Shown: positions 29,056 through 42,400, counted from the first letter of the whole stretch. The stretch: DNA of 62,925 bases, filler included, from Elsinoe ampelina (GCA_010093995.1; 7 parts of 5 records of this genome joined end to end with filler, not necessarily neighbours in it); one strand, 5' to 3'. Made by a program: numbers and translations. Notes: generated by a model from the letters alone, not told the origin.

Positions 29056-29197
29056 TGTTATAACTAGCAAATCGGATCGAGAGATGTGTATTTTATTTAG
29101 AGAGTTACAATAACCGATTTATCTACTGTGCGTGCGCTGACTCATCAGTACCAGTTCTTCAGTACCAGAGAAGCTGTACCAGCCTTCCATTACAACA
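29056..29197 (-). repeat. 5' LTR of Copia C (142 bp)
   Basis: tgttataac...ttacaaca termini; matches 50960-51101 and 62608-62758. Confidence 0.93.
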
Positions 29198-29499
29198 GGC
29201 ACTCGGTCCGACTTGGTACTTTGACATGCGTCGGCAGTGTTACATTGCCACCGTCCGGGTATAATACGTGTTCGACAACGGGCATAATCGATAAGAGACC
29301 CATCGTGGTCCCCGCAGAAACATCGCCAGCGGCGACGTACACGACTACGGAAGAACAGGTCCGAAACAGGTGTGCATTGATCGACACCAACACCTGCCTT
29401 GACCTACAATACATGGCTTGCTTTGGGTGCAATGCGGGGTGTGGCTATAGCTGCATCAGTCCAGACAGTGCACAGCAAATTCTGCAAAGATTGCGATAG
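29198..29499 (+). pseudogene. Possible 3' remnant of a small Cys-rich protein gene, 5' end cut off by the Copia LTR
   Basis: About 100 stop-free codons starting exactly at the LTR edge, with 8 Cys and a DKR dibasic site. No ATG or signal peptide ahead of it. Confidence 0.3.
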
Positions 29500-32400
29500 A
29501 TCAATCGCCCCGCAGTATCAACAACTTGCGCGGAGACGGCAGACGTCTTAATAAAGGCTTGGTTATTGTCCATGATTGACCGGCGTTACACGAGACGAAT
29601 GCTACCCCACTTTGCTGTCGAGCACCAATCACTGACAGCGAGATGACCTACTTTCAGTTACTTTCAGTATAAGCAATTGGCTTTCGGCAATACAGCATTG
29701 GCCATTTGAACGCGCCGTGACACCAGACTCTGATTCAGCAATCTTACAGAGCAAAAGTCTGCTCACTACTCTTGGACCTTTGTCTAGACGCCTAAGAGAA
29801 GAGAAAGCAGTAAGATTGCCTTGAGAGAATTACAGCCCTTCTTCCACCGCCTCCCGCGATACCTTCCATCGAACTACCGTTATCCATCACTTGCATGCTT
29901 TAGCGCTCTAACCTCGTGTCGTCAAGACACACAGCGTTGGGAGTCACTGGCCTTGCGCTTCTGCGTTTTTCGGTTCACCGTTTTCCAAAACTCGCTCACT
30001 GTCGTCACTAATACTTCATGTCAGGCACCTCACAGACGGCCTTACCGCAATGTCTAGACCACGAAGACCGTTCCCCTCTGTCAAGTTGAAAGCCCCTCGG
30101 CAGACCTTTCCTCGACTTTCCGGCTTTCTTCCCCAACACGGTGGGAATTCTACAAGCTTTCCACTAACCATTTCCCCATTCGGTCTCGAGGTCTTCCTCG
30201 AGTAAAAACTCTCATGCCACGCACGCAGCAGAATATAGATCCATCCATCATAGTGGGACCACGGAGTATTTTTCTCCGTGTTCAACGAGAGTTTGCCGAG
30301 CTAGCATTTCGCTGAACGAGTTAGAAAAGGCCGACGGCAATGTTGTTGACTCCAACTTGATGGTGTAAATTCATTCGGGCCATCTCTACGCCCTGCAGCA
30401 ACACGCATCCATGTCATTGCGGAGGCGGAACGATACCCGAACGTTTCCATACTGTGTCAGGCACCAAAGCTGCTCGCATGATGACAGCTCTGCCAGTTGT
30501 CTGACTTTCCTGGATCATCGAATTTTTGCCTTGACTATCACAGCGTACACCGCCGAAGTGAAGTCAGCGTCATCACCCTACTCCGTTGCTACCCGCCCAT
30601 TTCGCCAGCGCATGGATGAGCAGATATTCTCACCTCACCAACCGCAGACCACTAGAGCTTTGTCGTCGCCTAAAAGGAAATATGCGCGTCATAAGCTTCA
30701 GGTCTCCATGTGGTTGGAGATTCTGGTTGTCCACTCAAACTTTGATACCCGCGTCTCCAAAAACCTCAATCTCTCGGCCAAATTCTCCTGAATTGGACGG
30801 TACACCACCCGCAATTGTTGCAGTGGACGGACCGCGAACCTGTTTACTTATCAACATCGTCTTCTGAACATGTGGCCAGCCGTGTCTCGTGGTCGGGACC
30901 TTGCCCGCCTGAGCCTAGAACCGCCCAGCTACCAGATCCTCTCCCTTTGGACGACGGGACCGATCACGACGATCCTCAGGACCTCGACTGCGTTTTATAA
31001 CCGGAAACCACGGTAGTGTTGAAGCCGAGCATATGATGGTCCAATATCACAAACTTCTCGTACTCGCTATCAAACAGGATTGCATTTGCCAAGCATGCGA
31101 CAACAACGGAATTTACCACAGCGAAAGCCATTGAGTTTGGGCTCACGAATAGCACCCCCCTGGATCCCACCGGTGTGGAGGTGCCCGCTGTAAGCGATAT
31201 GCCATGTCCCTCGCGACCACGCGAACGTGCATCTGCAGATCACAAGTGGCTGTATGCATAAATAACTATGTGCATCCGGCTCTTGGCCGTGGGGACATAA
31301 CTCGGCCGGACACGAATTGACCTCCTGCAGAGCATTGATGTGGCGTTGTTCTGGTGGCTCATGCTTCGAACTCTCTCTCAGAAAGGCTACGCATATCGGC
31401 TGCGGCTGTATTTCAAGAGGCCGAGATTCGGACTTTGCTGAATGCTGGACGAACGTCATACATTCCCGGGCTGAATGTAAGTGCATGAAGACAGATACCA
31501 GCAGCGATGCTTGAATGGATAGAGGCTCATGCAGGCGAGCGGAGCTGCCAAGAACGTGGGAGAGAGATTCGAAGGGAGAATGCTCAAGCTCCTGGCATCG
31601 GACGCCTCAATTGCCCGTGGCCCGATGCTACTGAAGTGGGACCCGAACAGACATGGCACATTGTAGCGAGTGAGGCTACCTATTGGCGTGCATCACATCT
31701 GATGTCCACGATGTTACAACACCAGGGCACTCGAGCCGTTCGAGACCAGCCAGAACGAATTACATGTTGTTTCGTTCTTCGCAGCCATCATTACCTGACG
31801 ACAAGCGTCACATGTGTAGGGCTAGCTGGCCTTCTCAAGACTTGAGGGACAGATGAGTATTTTTGTGAATGTGCGAGGACCACTTGGAGTCGTTCACCAC
31901 AAGGGAGCTTTTGAATGATAGGCACTCCCTGCATGCTGAAGCATCGCCACCCGTGACTATCAAATGATTACACATGATTTACTCTCCTCGGGATATCGCC
32001 TACTTTCCAGGGGTCACAACATGCTAGTCAAGCATTTATGTATCCAGCATCATCTTTGAATGCTATTCCATTACGTGCATCTGAACCAGAAGCGTAACAG
32101 TCAACGAGCTCGTCCACGCGTCCAGCCACGAATAACCGCTCCGACATGGTCAATTCGTGTTTCAACCACGCGTTCGATAAGGGTCCGTTAGGATACCAAT
32201 GGTACTCGTGTCTATATGCCGGTATACAACAAGGCTGGTCCCGTTCAGGTACGGCGGGCTGGACCTTAATCTAGCGACTCTTCCGGACGAGACATGTAAA
32301 GTATCTGCTCAGTCACATGAACTCCTGTAGATAAGTGGAATCCGTCGGGAGAACGTCTGCTATCGTTGTTGCATCTACCTAGGGAATATGGCTACCTCTT

Positions 32401-35400
32401 TCGTAGCAAAGGACACCGCCGAGAAATGATTGACGCGACGATGAATGAACACGCCATCTTGGCGACGACGAATTTTCAAGAAAGAGTGATAAGGACTTGC
32501 TTGAGAGGAAAGAAAAGGGCTTGAAGGAAGTCAAACTCTACCATGGAGAACGACGTAGGGGAAAAGGAAAACACCACGCGAAGACGGCCTGTTCGCTCAC
32601 TTCCTACCGCGACGACAAAGGAACTCGCCTTACTACCATAGATACGCGTCTTGGGAACGACTGTCGCTGAACGGGAAGGGAAGGTAGATACCCTCCCTGT
32701 AAGACTCCTTGACTGACGTGACGCGAGTCCCAACTCAGGGGCTTGGACCTTCTCGTCTTCAGCTTATTTCAGCACCACCAACGTAGCACCACAGCTGTGC
32801 ATCACCAGTGCCTCGAGTGGAAGAAGATAGACATACAAACGGTCGAGTCACCATCTGTCGACTCCCACTATCCAATGAGCTCAGTACCAGATCTCTCTCC
32901 TTTCATGGGTTGAAACGAGCTCGAGCGACGCCCGCATTTTCCAGGAAACGAGAGGCCTATACCAGTCTGGCATTCGAAGATCAAGCCATCCATAAGCTCG
33001 CACGCTTGGCCTAAAGGTCTGTTGTCAGCTTGTCGCTAACATCGCCACCCTCGAATGAGGTCAATACGCCAAGATCCTTCCCCTTCGAGCTGCATCCAAC
33101 TACCGAAATGATCTCGCGCCGGCGGCCATGTCCACAAGAAGACCTCACAAGAGTCGGAATAATAACTCACACTCTTGACTATGGTGCATTACATCAGATC
33201 TACTGCAACGAAACCGCAGAATCAATTCGTTACGTCCCGACTTATCACAAGCGGACACCACGACAGCCATGCCCTGGCAAGGAGCCAAAAGCATAGGCGG
33301 CTGCTGCTCACCCAATACTCATGAGATGGCCCCGGGGACGTACGCGGAAATATCTGATGCATGCCCCTGACGACGTGTTCGTTTCGACGCGACGTTGCAC
33401 TCCATCCCGAACGGATCATATCTCGCCACGTTTGCAGACGCAACGGTCCATTCCAACAGACCCAACGGAGTACATCCCTCGACGCGACCGTCCCACCGCA
33501 TTGACAATGCAGCTAGAATCAGAGCAGGCGCAAAGTGCGACAGCATGGAAGGAAAGCAGGAAGGGAAAGCAGGAAAGGAAGAGCTCGGCCATACCACACG
33601 CGACGAGAAGAGGACATTGCCCCGACGAGGAGACAGTACCGTGGAGACCATAACCATGCGATAGAAGCTGCGAGCTCATCGCTGCTCAAGACACCCGAGA
33701 TGCATTGTGCTCCCACTCCCGACTGCATCGCCACTGCTCACCCCCCCTCAGCCCCAGCTGAACACCGGAAATCTCTCACAGCGACCCTGATCGTCTCACC
33801 AGCTATGCAAAGACTTCAGGTGTTCCACAGAACTGGTACGCTGCGAAAATTCGATTAGTGTCGTCCACGGTCACTTGTGCCAAATCGAGCATCTCCTTAC
33901 CTTCCCTTCCTTGCTCTCGCTTTCTTCGAAACACTCACACGGCTGCGCTGGTTTACATCACGTAGGACGAGGCGGGGAACAGAAACGTCACGGCACATGT
34001 CGTCGATTGATCCGAGACTTGTGGCACAGTCATGCGGCAACGTCCGGCGGCGCGGTTGGGCTTGGCAGAAGCTGGTGTTCTCTGGTTCGCCGGGCTGCCA
34101 TGGTTCTGTAATCGGTCCTGCCCAGTCGAATGTACGTGTACGCGATACACAGCGGCAAGCGAATTGCGCTCGGAACCTCGAGGTCAGTCATAGTTGCTGG
34201 CGTCAGGCGACAGCTGTACTACATTTCCGAATGGCGTCCTTGGGGCGGATGTAGCAGGGGTGGGGCGTCATTGGCATCGTAGAGGTGGAGGAACTCGTCT
34301 CGTACCCTTCGATCTCTGTCCCGTCCAGTAGCGTACGTGCGGACATCCCAGGAGATGTCCTCACTATTCCCGCCCCCGAGGCTGGATGCATGGTAGTGGC
34401 AAACGATACTCCGCGGAGACTGGGTAGTCTTGGTACGTCGTCACGGACAGTAAGTCTTGTGTGAGGTGTAGAGATACCGTCCGTCTCGAAAGCCAAGTAA
34501 GGAAGCTTAGCACGCCTTTGGATCGAGATGATGTTCGTCGGGAGAACATCGGGTGGACACTAAATGGTAGGTTTGTATCCACACTGCTATTCCCGCTAGG
34601 TCGACTCCGCGGAGATCGAGTCGCGGAAACCGCATTGGTTGGTGAAGTCGGATGTGGAGGTGGCGACGTTGCGAGGTCGCGAAGAGTCCCTGCAGGGTCA
34701 TTGCATGTCGACAGCATGTCTCGTCGGAGCTAGTGTGAGGCCGGTGCAGCGGATCAGACCCCTTCTGTAGGTCCATGTCATGTTGCTGCATGCTCAGCCC
34801 GATCGACACTGGCGCTATTGGCGCTGATGCTATGCAATGTCCTGTTATACCCTGGAGTACGATGGGTTCGGGTCTAGCTGCGGCGTGCGTGCGGAGATGG
34901 GGCCGCTGCACCATGGCGATGCAGGGTGTCTCGATCCTTCTAGCTGCAGCCTCGATACTGCAGCTGTATCACTGCTCGCTTGATCTGCAGCATCAAGGTA
35001 GACATGTCGCCTGACGACATTGACCTTTCTCCTGGAACCGAATGCGCCGAGTACGTATGCAGGGCTGTTAGGCGCTGGTGTCGTGGCGGTGTAGATCTAT
35101 GGACCAACAGAGATGAACTCGGACATAGTGTTCGAATTGAAGGGTAGGCTCCCATGAATCAGGAGGGGGGAGTCGTTGGGGATGGACAATACTCTTTTTC
35201 TTGTCGGTTTGACAGGGAGAGTAGTCACTCTTCCGTGCCGCGTTCTGTGGTTGGTTGATCATTATGGACTTTGACAGCCGCGCATTCTCACCAAGTAGCA
35301 TGAACGGGACGATTAGGGTCTGGTCCTCTGAGCTACAAATCACGTCCCTTATCTGCGAAGTCCTGTGTGGCGTTCACCAAATCATCCTGAGGAGGAGAGG

Positions 35401-37844
35401 TTTCGCCGCATGACGGCATCATGCATGAAGCTCTTCTCGCGGATATGAGCTGGACCTCATGGGCCTAAACCTTTGTCCCCTTCACTAACATGGCGCAACC
35501 TGGATCATGCCAACCCCCACGCCGGACCATGGAAACTCATGTCATCTATCCATCACGCAACCAAGATAGTGGAGAAGCTCGCCCAGCCTGCACAAGCTAG
35601 GCGCCCTGGCGACCCAGGCCACATAAACTTCAAGCCACCTCATCCTCATCTGCTTACCTGCATGTCACCTCACAGACCAGGAATGACAACGACGAGCGAC
35701 TAGCCTGTTCACCGGCGCCCACGGACCCGACATCCGCTCATGCACTAGGAGTCGATGCGGCATAAAGTCCGAACTGGATATGGCGCTGATCACCGCACAA
35801 GCACATGGCTGATGTGCGACAGCACGGGCCTAGCTCCGCTGTAAGGATACATCGGCACGGTACCTCGGATGCGGTGTAGGGGCAAAAGTGGTAAGTGGGC
35901 CTCGCAAAGTTTCAACTTCCACGTCAGGAACATGATCGAGGGACTGGACAAGGCCGACAGGTCGGCAGGGAACAACACAGCGATCGGAGGGTGTGTTGGT
36001 GGTGATTCCGCATGATGGGACGTATGATCACACGGATTATCCCGAGACGACTGGGTGAGGTACACAGCCTGCGACGGATCGTTCGACGAAGCTGTCTTCC
36101 AGAAGTATCGGATGCACCCTGGTGAGGTCAGGTAAGTTGGGGAGGTAGCCGGTGGGCTCAGGTACTGCTGGAAGGAGGCTGAACATCGGCTTACGTCCAT
36201 GACACGTTGCAAGCATACCAAGCCACCTGTTGTCGGACACAGTGGCAAGGGCAACACGTGACCCTAGCTTGGAGCAAGTAGATGAGCCATCCGGATCGTG
36301 ACAAGACATACATGATGTGCCTGTGAATATCGTGCCACAACAGTATGGGTTGGAGAGCGGTAGGTCCATTCTCCCGTTATACATCCACGTCTCCTTTTGA
36401 CTCAAGACCGAGCACTCGAACGTCTCCTCCTTCCCCTAACGATGCATTCGGTGTCCCTCTTCCATTCCCGTCTTTCTTCCTGTCGCGCCCCCCAATGGAA
36501 TAATCACGCACTCCATGGACCACCAAGTGAGCAGACCATCAAACCAATCCCATCCCTTGACCGCAAAAAGCACACCGGGCTGGGGACAGGGAAGCCACAC
36601 ACTCTCCTCCGCACCCAGCCAAGCCTAACCCGCCTCGCACCACGGATACCTAGAGCACCTGCCATCTGCCCGACGACCACTTCATGGAACATGCCCCGCC
36701 AGCAAGCCGATCCACCTCACAGTAGCCACGACCGCACAAACCACCACCTCCAGGATGAATACCACCCGACTACCAGATCAGTCACAGCCCCCGACCACCC
36801 CACGTGGCACCTCGATAGCCCCCTCGAGTACGCGTAGCGCCACATGCCCTCTCCCACCTCATCACGCCAGCGCTCGCGCCCTACTCAAACCTGTCAACGG
36901 GGCGGTGAGATGCAAAACGAGACACCGCTCAGCCATGTACAAGCAGCTCGAGGCGCACCCGCACGTCCTGGAGCGTCAAGATCGCGATGGGTAGACGAGG
37001 GTCCATCGATGGCGAAACGGGGGCCTCTGCATGTCCGTCCTCATTACTGGCTCGGAGCAGACTAGCTCGGGTTACGATGACGCTGGATTGATATCGTGAT
37101 TGGCGGGGAAGTGGGGAGTCGTGACGGTGTGATGGGCGCAGTATCATGGTTCGAGACAGGAGTCGGGGTCCGAGACGTGTCTGAGGATCTCGGACTGTTG
37201 AGGGATGGTTAGGGTAGGTGTACTGCAAAGGAAGTTGTGACGGGAGAGGGTACAATGCTGATGGTATTGTCTTGAACGTAGCAGGGGTGTGGAGTCATGA
37301 TCGGGGTCGTCGGACCTCTGGGAAGCATCGAGATTGTAGTGTACGGGGCCTGTGTTTTACTCGGAGCTACCCGGGTAAGGGTCAGGAGCTAGTAGTGGTC
37401 TAGCGTTGTGTGATGGGAGGATCGGGTCATGTTCTACATTCCCAGCATGCCAATGGAGATGGGGGAAGATATCAAGATCCGTGGAGGGACATGGACGTGT
37501 GCATCTTCTCGTTCATGACTGATAATCATACAGTGTACCAGCAGCTCGTCCTCCTTTCAGATGAGCTCGCTGATGTTGCCCTTGACATCCATACCCTATC
37601 ATCTCACGTTCATTCTCATCCAGTCATACATTCCATCCGTACCCATTGCCGACCCAGGTCTCGACAAAACAGTCCTTACCTCCTTCCTCAATCCCCTGAC
37701 CATTCTCCGCAGCCGAGTACATCCCCGTCCTCCCATACATATCCACCCGTCCGCCCATCCATCCGTACCCTCTCATCCACAAGCCCTGCCTCCTTTCCCC
37801 CTTCCCAACCCCCTCTCTCCCTCCCATCCCTCTTCGACACGACT

Positions 37845-39940
37845 CTAAACATCCTCCGCCTCCACCCTCGCCAAAACCTCCTCAAGCACCCCCTCCAAAA
37901 ACCCCTGCACCCCATCCCCCACCCCAACTTCCCCCCCAACCTTATCCCACTGATCAATCTCCCGGAACAACCTACACGTTTTCCCCACCAACTTCCTCAC
38001 CTGCTCATGAGCCTGCCTCTTCAGCGCCATGGACTCGTACGTGATTTCTTCGTCGGGGAGAGGTTTGCGTTCGGCTAGCAGACGTTGTTGGACTGCTTGC
38101 CGTTTGGTCAGGAGACTGAGCTGGTAGGAGCGGCGGTGGAGGGCGGCTTCGAGAGCGGGAATGACGACGCCGGAGAGGGCGGTGATTTCGGTTTCTTGTG
38201 CCTGGGTGGAGGTGGCGGGGGCAGGGGCGGTAGGGGGTTTGGTCGGGGAGACGGGGTTGGAGCTGGAGGTGGAAGAGGTGGTAGTGGGAGAGTTGAGAGC
38301 GTGGGTCGGGGTGGAGGTGGCAGGGTTGTGGGGCGGGAAAGCAGGGTCGTTAGGAAGGTCGCGTGTGAATGGTGGCGGTCGGGCGCCGCCTGTCCAGGTA
38401 CCGCTGATAGGGGAGGATTTGGGACCGTCGAAGCGTCCTTGTTTGATGGCTTCGCGATTGTCCATGCGGGGGTTGAAGTCGAGTTTGGTGGGCGTTGGTT
38501 TGTCTCTGAGGTCGAGAGAGGACATTTCGTGCACGACGTCTCGCTCGATACGGGCTTGCATTTCGGCATCTGTGAGAGATGACGATGCTGGAACAGGCCC
38601 AGGTCGTGCACTGGTGGCTGGAGTCGCAAAATTCTCTGGTGTGTCACTTTGTTGTCCAGGCGTGGCGGGAGGAGTCTCTGGTACGGGCTTTCTGACGGGA
38701 GAGATAGGAAGAGGTGTGTCTTTTGCGGCGTGGAGCTGCTTCACCTTCGTTGGCGAGAAAGGAGGCGGCATCGATTGTGAAGGCAATGGTGGCGGAGGCA
38801 TGCTTTCATTCTCCAAACCCAACCCCCCATTCTGTTGTCGATTCGACTTTGTCGGTGAAGGTGAACGGTCTGCATTCCTTGCATTCATGCCTGAAGGCGT
38901 CATAGCACTCAACCCATGACCCCTTTTCGACAAAGGTCGGACAGTGCCAAAGTCCCAGAGGTCTTCTTGGTGGGAATCTCGTAGTGGTGAGAAATCGTCA
39001 TCATCGTCTTCATCATGTTCACGGTTGGGGTGGCGAGCAGCCCATCGTTCATGTCGCTCGATGAGCTCTGTGAGATATGTGGTTCGCTTTGCGCGACGGA
39101 TCCAGGGATGCTTGAGCAAGTCCTTGGCCGAGGGACGTTCTCGTGGTTCTTTACGCAGGCAGAGCTGCACAAAGTCCTTGAATGAGGAGGAGAAGTTGCC
39201 TTCCAGGGTTGGCGGAGCATTCTTAGGGATCAGGAAGAGGACCTTCATAGGATGAATGTCTGCGTAAGGTGGCTCTCCTTTCGCCAGCTCCAGGGCTGTG
39301 ATACCAAGTGACCAGATATCGGCTTTGTGATCGTATCCAGACTGCTTGATGACTTCAGGCGCCATCCAGAAAGGCGTGCCAACAAACGTGTTCTTCTTGG
39401 TCATTGTGGCGGATAGCTGACCAGAAACGCCAAAATCAGCCAGCTTGACCTGTCCGTTCGCTCCTAACAAGATATTTGCAGCTATGATAGTCAGCAAGCT
39501 ATTGAGGGTCTCCATTCAACTTCCAACATACCCTTGATGTCTCGGTGCAGCTTGTTATCATTATGCAAGTAATCCAACCCCAACAACAGCTCCCTAATGA
39601 TTATGATGATATAATCCTCTGGTATCAACCCCGGTTTCAGCAAATCCCCACAGCTCCCACCGGAGCAAAATTCCATGATGATCCAGAGATCCGAACCTTT
39701 CAGGTACGAGCCATGGTATTTCGTCACGTAAGGTGAGTTGAGCCCTGACAGTATAGAGATTTCCTGGATGATGTCGTCGACCTCATCCTCTGCATTTTCC
39801 ACATCGATGACCTTGATGGCTACCGATTGTCCTGTCCTCTTCTCGACGCCTTTGTATACCTTGCCAAAACTCCCACTGCCGATGCATGTCTGTCTGGTGT
39901 ACAGGGTTTCGGGGTCGATCCCGCCGCCTTCAAAGGCCAT
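37845..39940 (-). CDS. mst-1: STE20-family GCK-III Ser/Thr kinase (MST3/STK24-like; Neurospora MST-1 type), 681 aa; exons 39532-39940 and 37845-39481
   Basis: GSGSFG, VAIK, HRDIK^AANIL across a 50-nt GT-AG intron (39482-39531, branch GCTGAC), [12 protein letters not shown]. Pro/Ser-rich linker and helical C-terminus. Spliced length 2046 nt is in frame. Confidence 0.95.
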
Positions 39941-40795
39941 ATCGTCTGGCTCTTGCTTGATTGTGTATGTCGTGACTGTGAGCACCTCTCTGTGCTTCTT
40001 TCCCTGTAGTCCCTGGCCAGCAGAGAAAGCTTTTATGGTTTCTGGTCACAGAAGCCCGCAGATTTCGTCGAAAGATCAAGGTAGAAGCAAGGGGTGCTCA
40101 GTCCATGGCCCAGATGCAGCGCTCTGAATGCAAGAAGGTGAAGTGATGAGACACCAGCTCCAGCTCCAGTACCTCCTCCAGCAAGTCCAGATCTAGTCCG
40201 TCCAGAACGGTCGTCCAAGAAGTCAAAAGTGCGTCCAGACAGCAGCTCGGTCATGCAGCGCGGGGCTCCACTTCTATCGATACTCTCCACCTACTCACCT
40301 TGTAAGTGACGTCGGTCCAATCTGCCGATGTTCTCGATCCTGCGTCGCAAGTCTGTCCTCAGACCTGTATTCTCGTCGTGCAATTGGGTGCGAAGACAGC
40401 TTTCCTGAATGTGAAATTGGAGAAACACACGGCGTCAACAAAAGATGCGGATCGGCTACTGCAGGGACGACGACACTTTGGACCAATCAAAGCCCGCACC
40501 AGAGATCCTATTTTACTTTGCACGATAGGGTGAGACAATCGAATTTCCCTTACGCGGCATGGAATGTTCCAAATTGCTTGATGATTCATTAGCCGCGAGG
40601 GGGGGAATATGTGATGCTATCTTGGGCATGTCTAGCTATGCATAAAACGCAATCCCCCTTTAAGGAAAAGTCTATATCGTTCTGTCGTTGCCCAGAATAC
40701 CACTGGACCATGCGCCAGGACCCTTGGACGGTACACTGGTCCTATGGATCGTCTGAACGCCAGTGATGCAGCATGTCTTCGTCTCAAAGTAGCAC

Positions 40796-42400
40796 CTAGC
40801 TCTCGAGGTGCTCGATCATGATCGTGCCGTTCTTGAGACCAGCTTGCTCAACTGTCTGATCCAGTGACTCGATGAGGTTCTTGCCCATGCTGATGAGCTC
40901 AAACTCGACCCCGTCCTTGCCTTCCAACGGTGAGGCCTTGAGCCACTCGTAGAGTCGTTGAACCGTATCAGAAAGCATGAAGCGACGTACCACCCGACCG
41001 CCGGACCAGCGGAACTGAATGCGAGTAGTCGATGCTGGATCCGTAGGCTCCTCATGAGGATGATCTGCAGGAATGCGCTCGAATGGCGTGAGCTCGGCCT
41101 CACTCTTGCCATTGATCTTGACATCTTCGTCGACTGATTCGACAGCATCCTTGCCTTTTGACCCCTTTGTAAGCTCGTCAGGATCGTCTTGTTTGTGGCT
41201 TGGTCCACCACCGTTCGAGAGACTCTGCTGCAAGGCCATTTCCAGCATTTCTTCCTCGGTCATTCTGTGAACGTCCTTGGGCTTATCTATGGGTCGACGG
41301 TTGGCGACAGGGTTCTTCGCAAAGGCGGCCAAGCTGTACCTGTCTAGAAATTCATGGAGATCCATCAAGAAGTCGGAGGCTTTCGGTACTGGCGATCCTG
41401 ACCATACCTTGACCTGCTCTCCAGTTCTTGGGTCAACGATGGCGATGTGTGGGTAAGCATCCTCGATGTCTTTTTGCTGAAAATAGTAGTTGATGTATTG
41501 TCCGCCTCTGGGGTCGTCCTTGCCATATTGCATGAAGATGAAGTTTTCCTTGATCGTCTCCTTCACGGAAGGATTCTTCCAGATGTCGCGATTCAAGACC
41601 TGACAGTCGAAGATGGAAGGATCTTGAATGTTTACGAGTATCCACTTTAGCTCATCCTTGCCTTCTTCCCGCGCATCGTCCCACGACAACGGCGAAAGCA
41701 GGTCTGTTGGTGGACGGAAGAGCTCCGCCAGAAGATTCGACTTTGACGAAGCTTCTGATGCACCTCCGGTGGCTCTTGCCAAGCTCCTACGCTGAGCATC
41801 GGGGTCTTCCTCATCCCACACTGATGCATGCTGTTGGTTGAAGATACCGGGACGACCAGGTGCTGTTCACGTTAGCGTTTGACCCACCTGTTGTGAAAGT
41901 ATAAATGTACCTCTTCGCTGACGGGCGGCCATCTGCTGCGCGATAGCGGCTTGCATGCCATCCGGTCCTCCCCAATCCGCATCCGGTCCAACAAGTGTCT
42001 CTGTGGTACGGGCCATGGGTGCTCTGACTTCGTCGAATGCACCACCTCCTCCTCCTGCTGACCCATACGCTTCCTCTTGTAATCTCCTCGCCATTGCTTC
42101 ATCATCTTCGTATGCAGTACTCTGCTGCACTGGCGCTGGGGCAGATCCGCCCATGTCCATCTCTTCATCATCCGAGTCTATCGTGATGGTGCCGTCTTGG
42201 TTCTCGCGGTATCCTTGACTTGGCTGAGCTGGACGTGGTGCTGGCTGCTCAGGCATCGAAGCACCCATATCGGCCCCTCCCGTGTCGAAATAGAGCTGTA
42301 TCGCGCCCTCGAGATTCTCGTCTGATAATGTGATGTATTGCTGGGCGCGTTCTGGCGTGGCGCCAGTAATGCTGGTGAATTGTGCAATGAGGTCGTCCAT
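40796..42400 (-). CDS. UBX5: UBX-domain Cdc48/p97 adaptor (UBA-UAS-UIM-UBX; Ubx5/UBXN7-like), 518 aa; exons 41911-42400 and 40796-41862
   Basis: N-terminal UBA-like (FTSITGA..LEGAIQLYF), UAS (LAELFRPP..WILVNIQDPSIFDCQVLNRDIW), UIM (TEEEMLEMALQQSL), UBX (TTRIQFR..RVVRRF..AGLKNG). 48-nt intron 41863-41910 with branch GCTAAC. Confidence 0.93.

Larger units (their letters stand above)
25364..29197 (-). mobile_element. Copia family C (integrase region, gap, protease/gag, PBS, 5' LTR); at least two copies joined across assembly gaps
   Basis: Homologous to 54520-55835 and 61923-62758. Gag Zn knuckle relic at ~28080-28125. PBS ggttat(a/g)agcc at 29045-29055 (minus). 142-bp LTR at 29056-29197. Confidence 0.88.

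Noticed and set aside
29128..29197. GTG start of the 123-aa ORF
   Set aside because: Lies inside the Copia LTR; not a credible native start.
30185..30280. Two 7-bp-stem hairpins (30185-30202, 30260-30280)
   Set aside because: Too short to exceed chance; no associated feature.
29500..37800. tRNA/rRNA/CRISPR or captain-like recombinase of a giant mobile element
   Set aside because: No cloverleaf, repeat-spacer array or long recombinase-like ORF could be seen by eye.
40033..40298. CCAG-rich tract, small ORF and GTGAGT donor upstream of the kinase
   Set aside because: May be a 5'-UTR intron or uORF, but no convincing acceptor or other support could be fixed.
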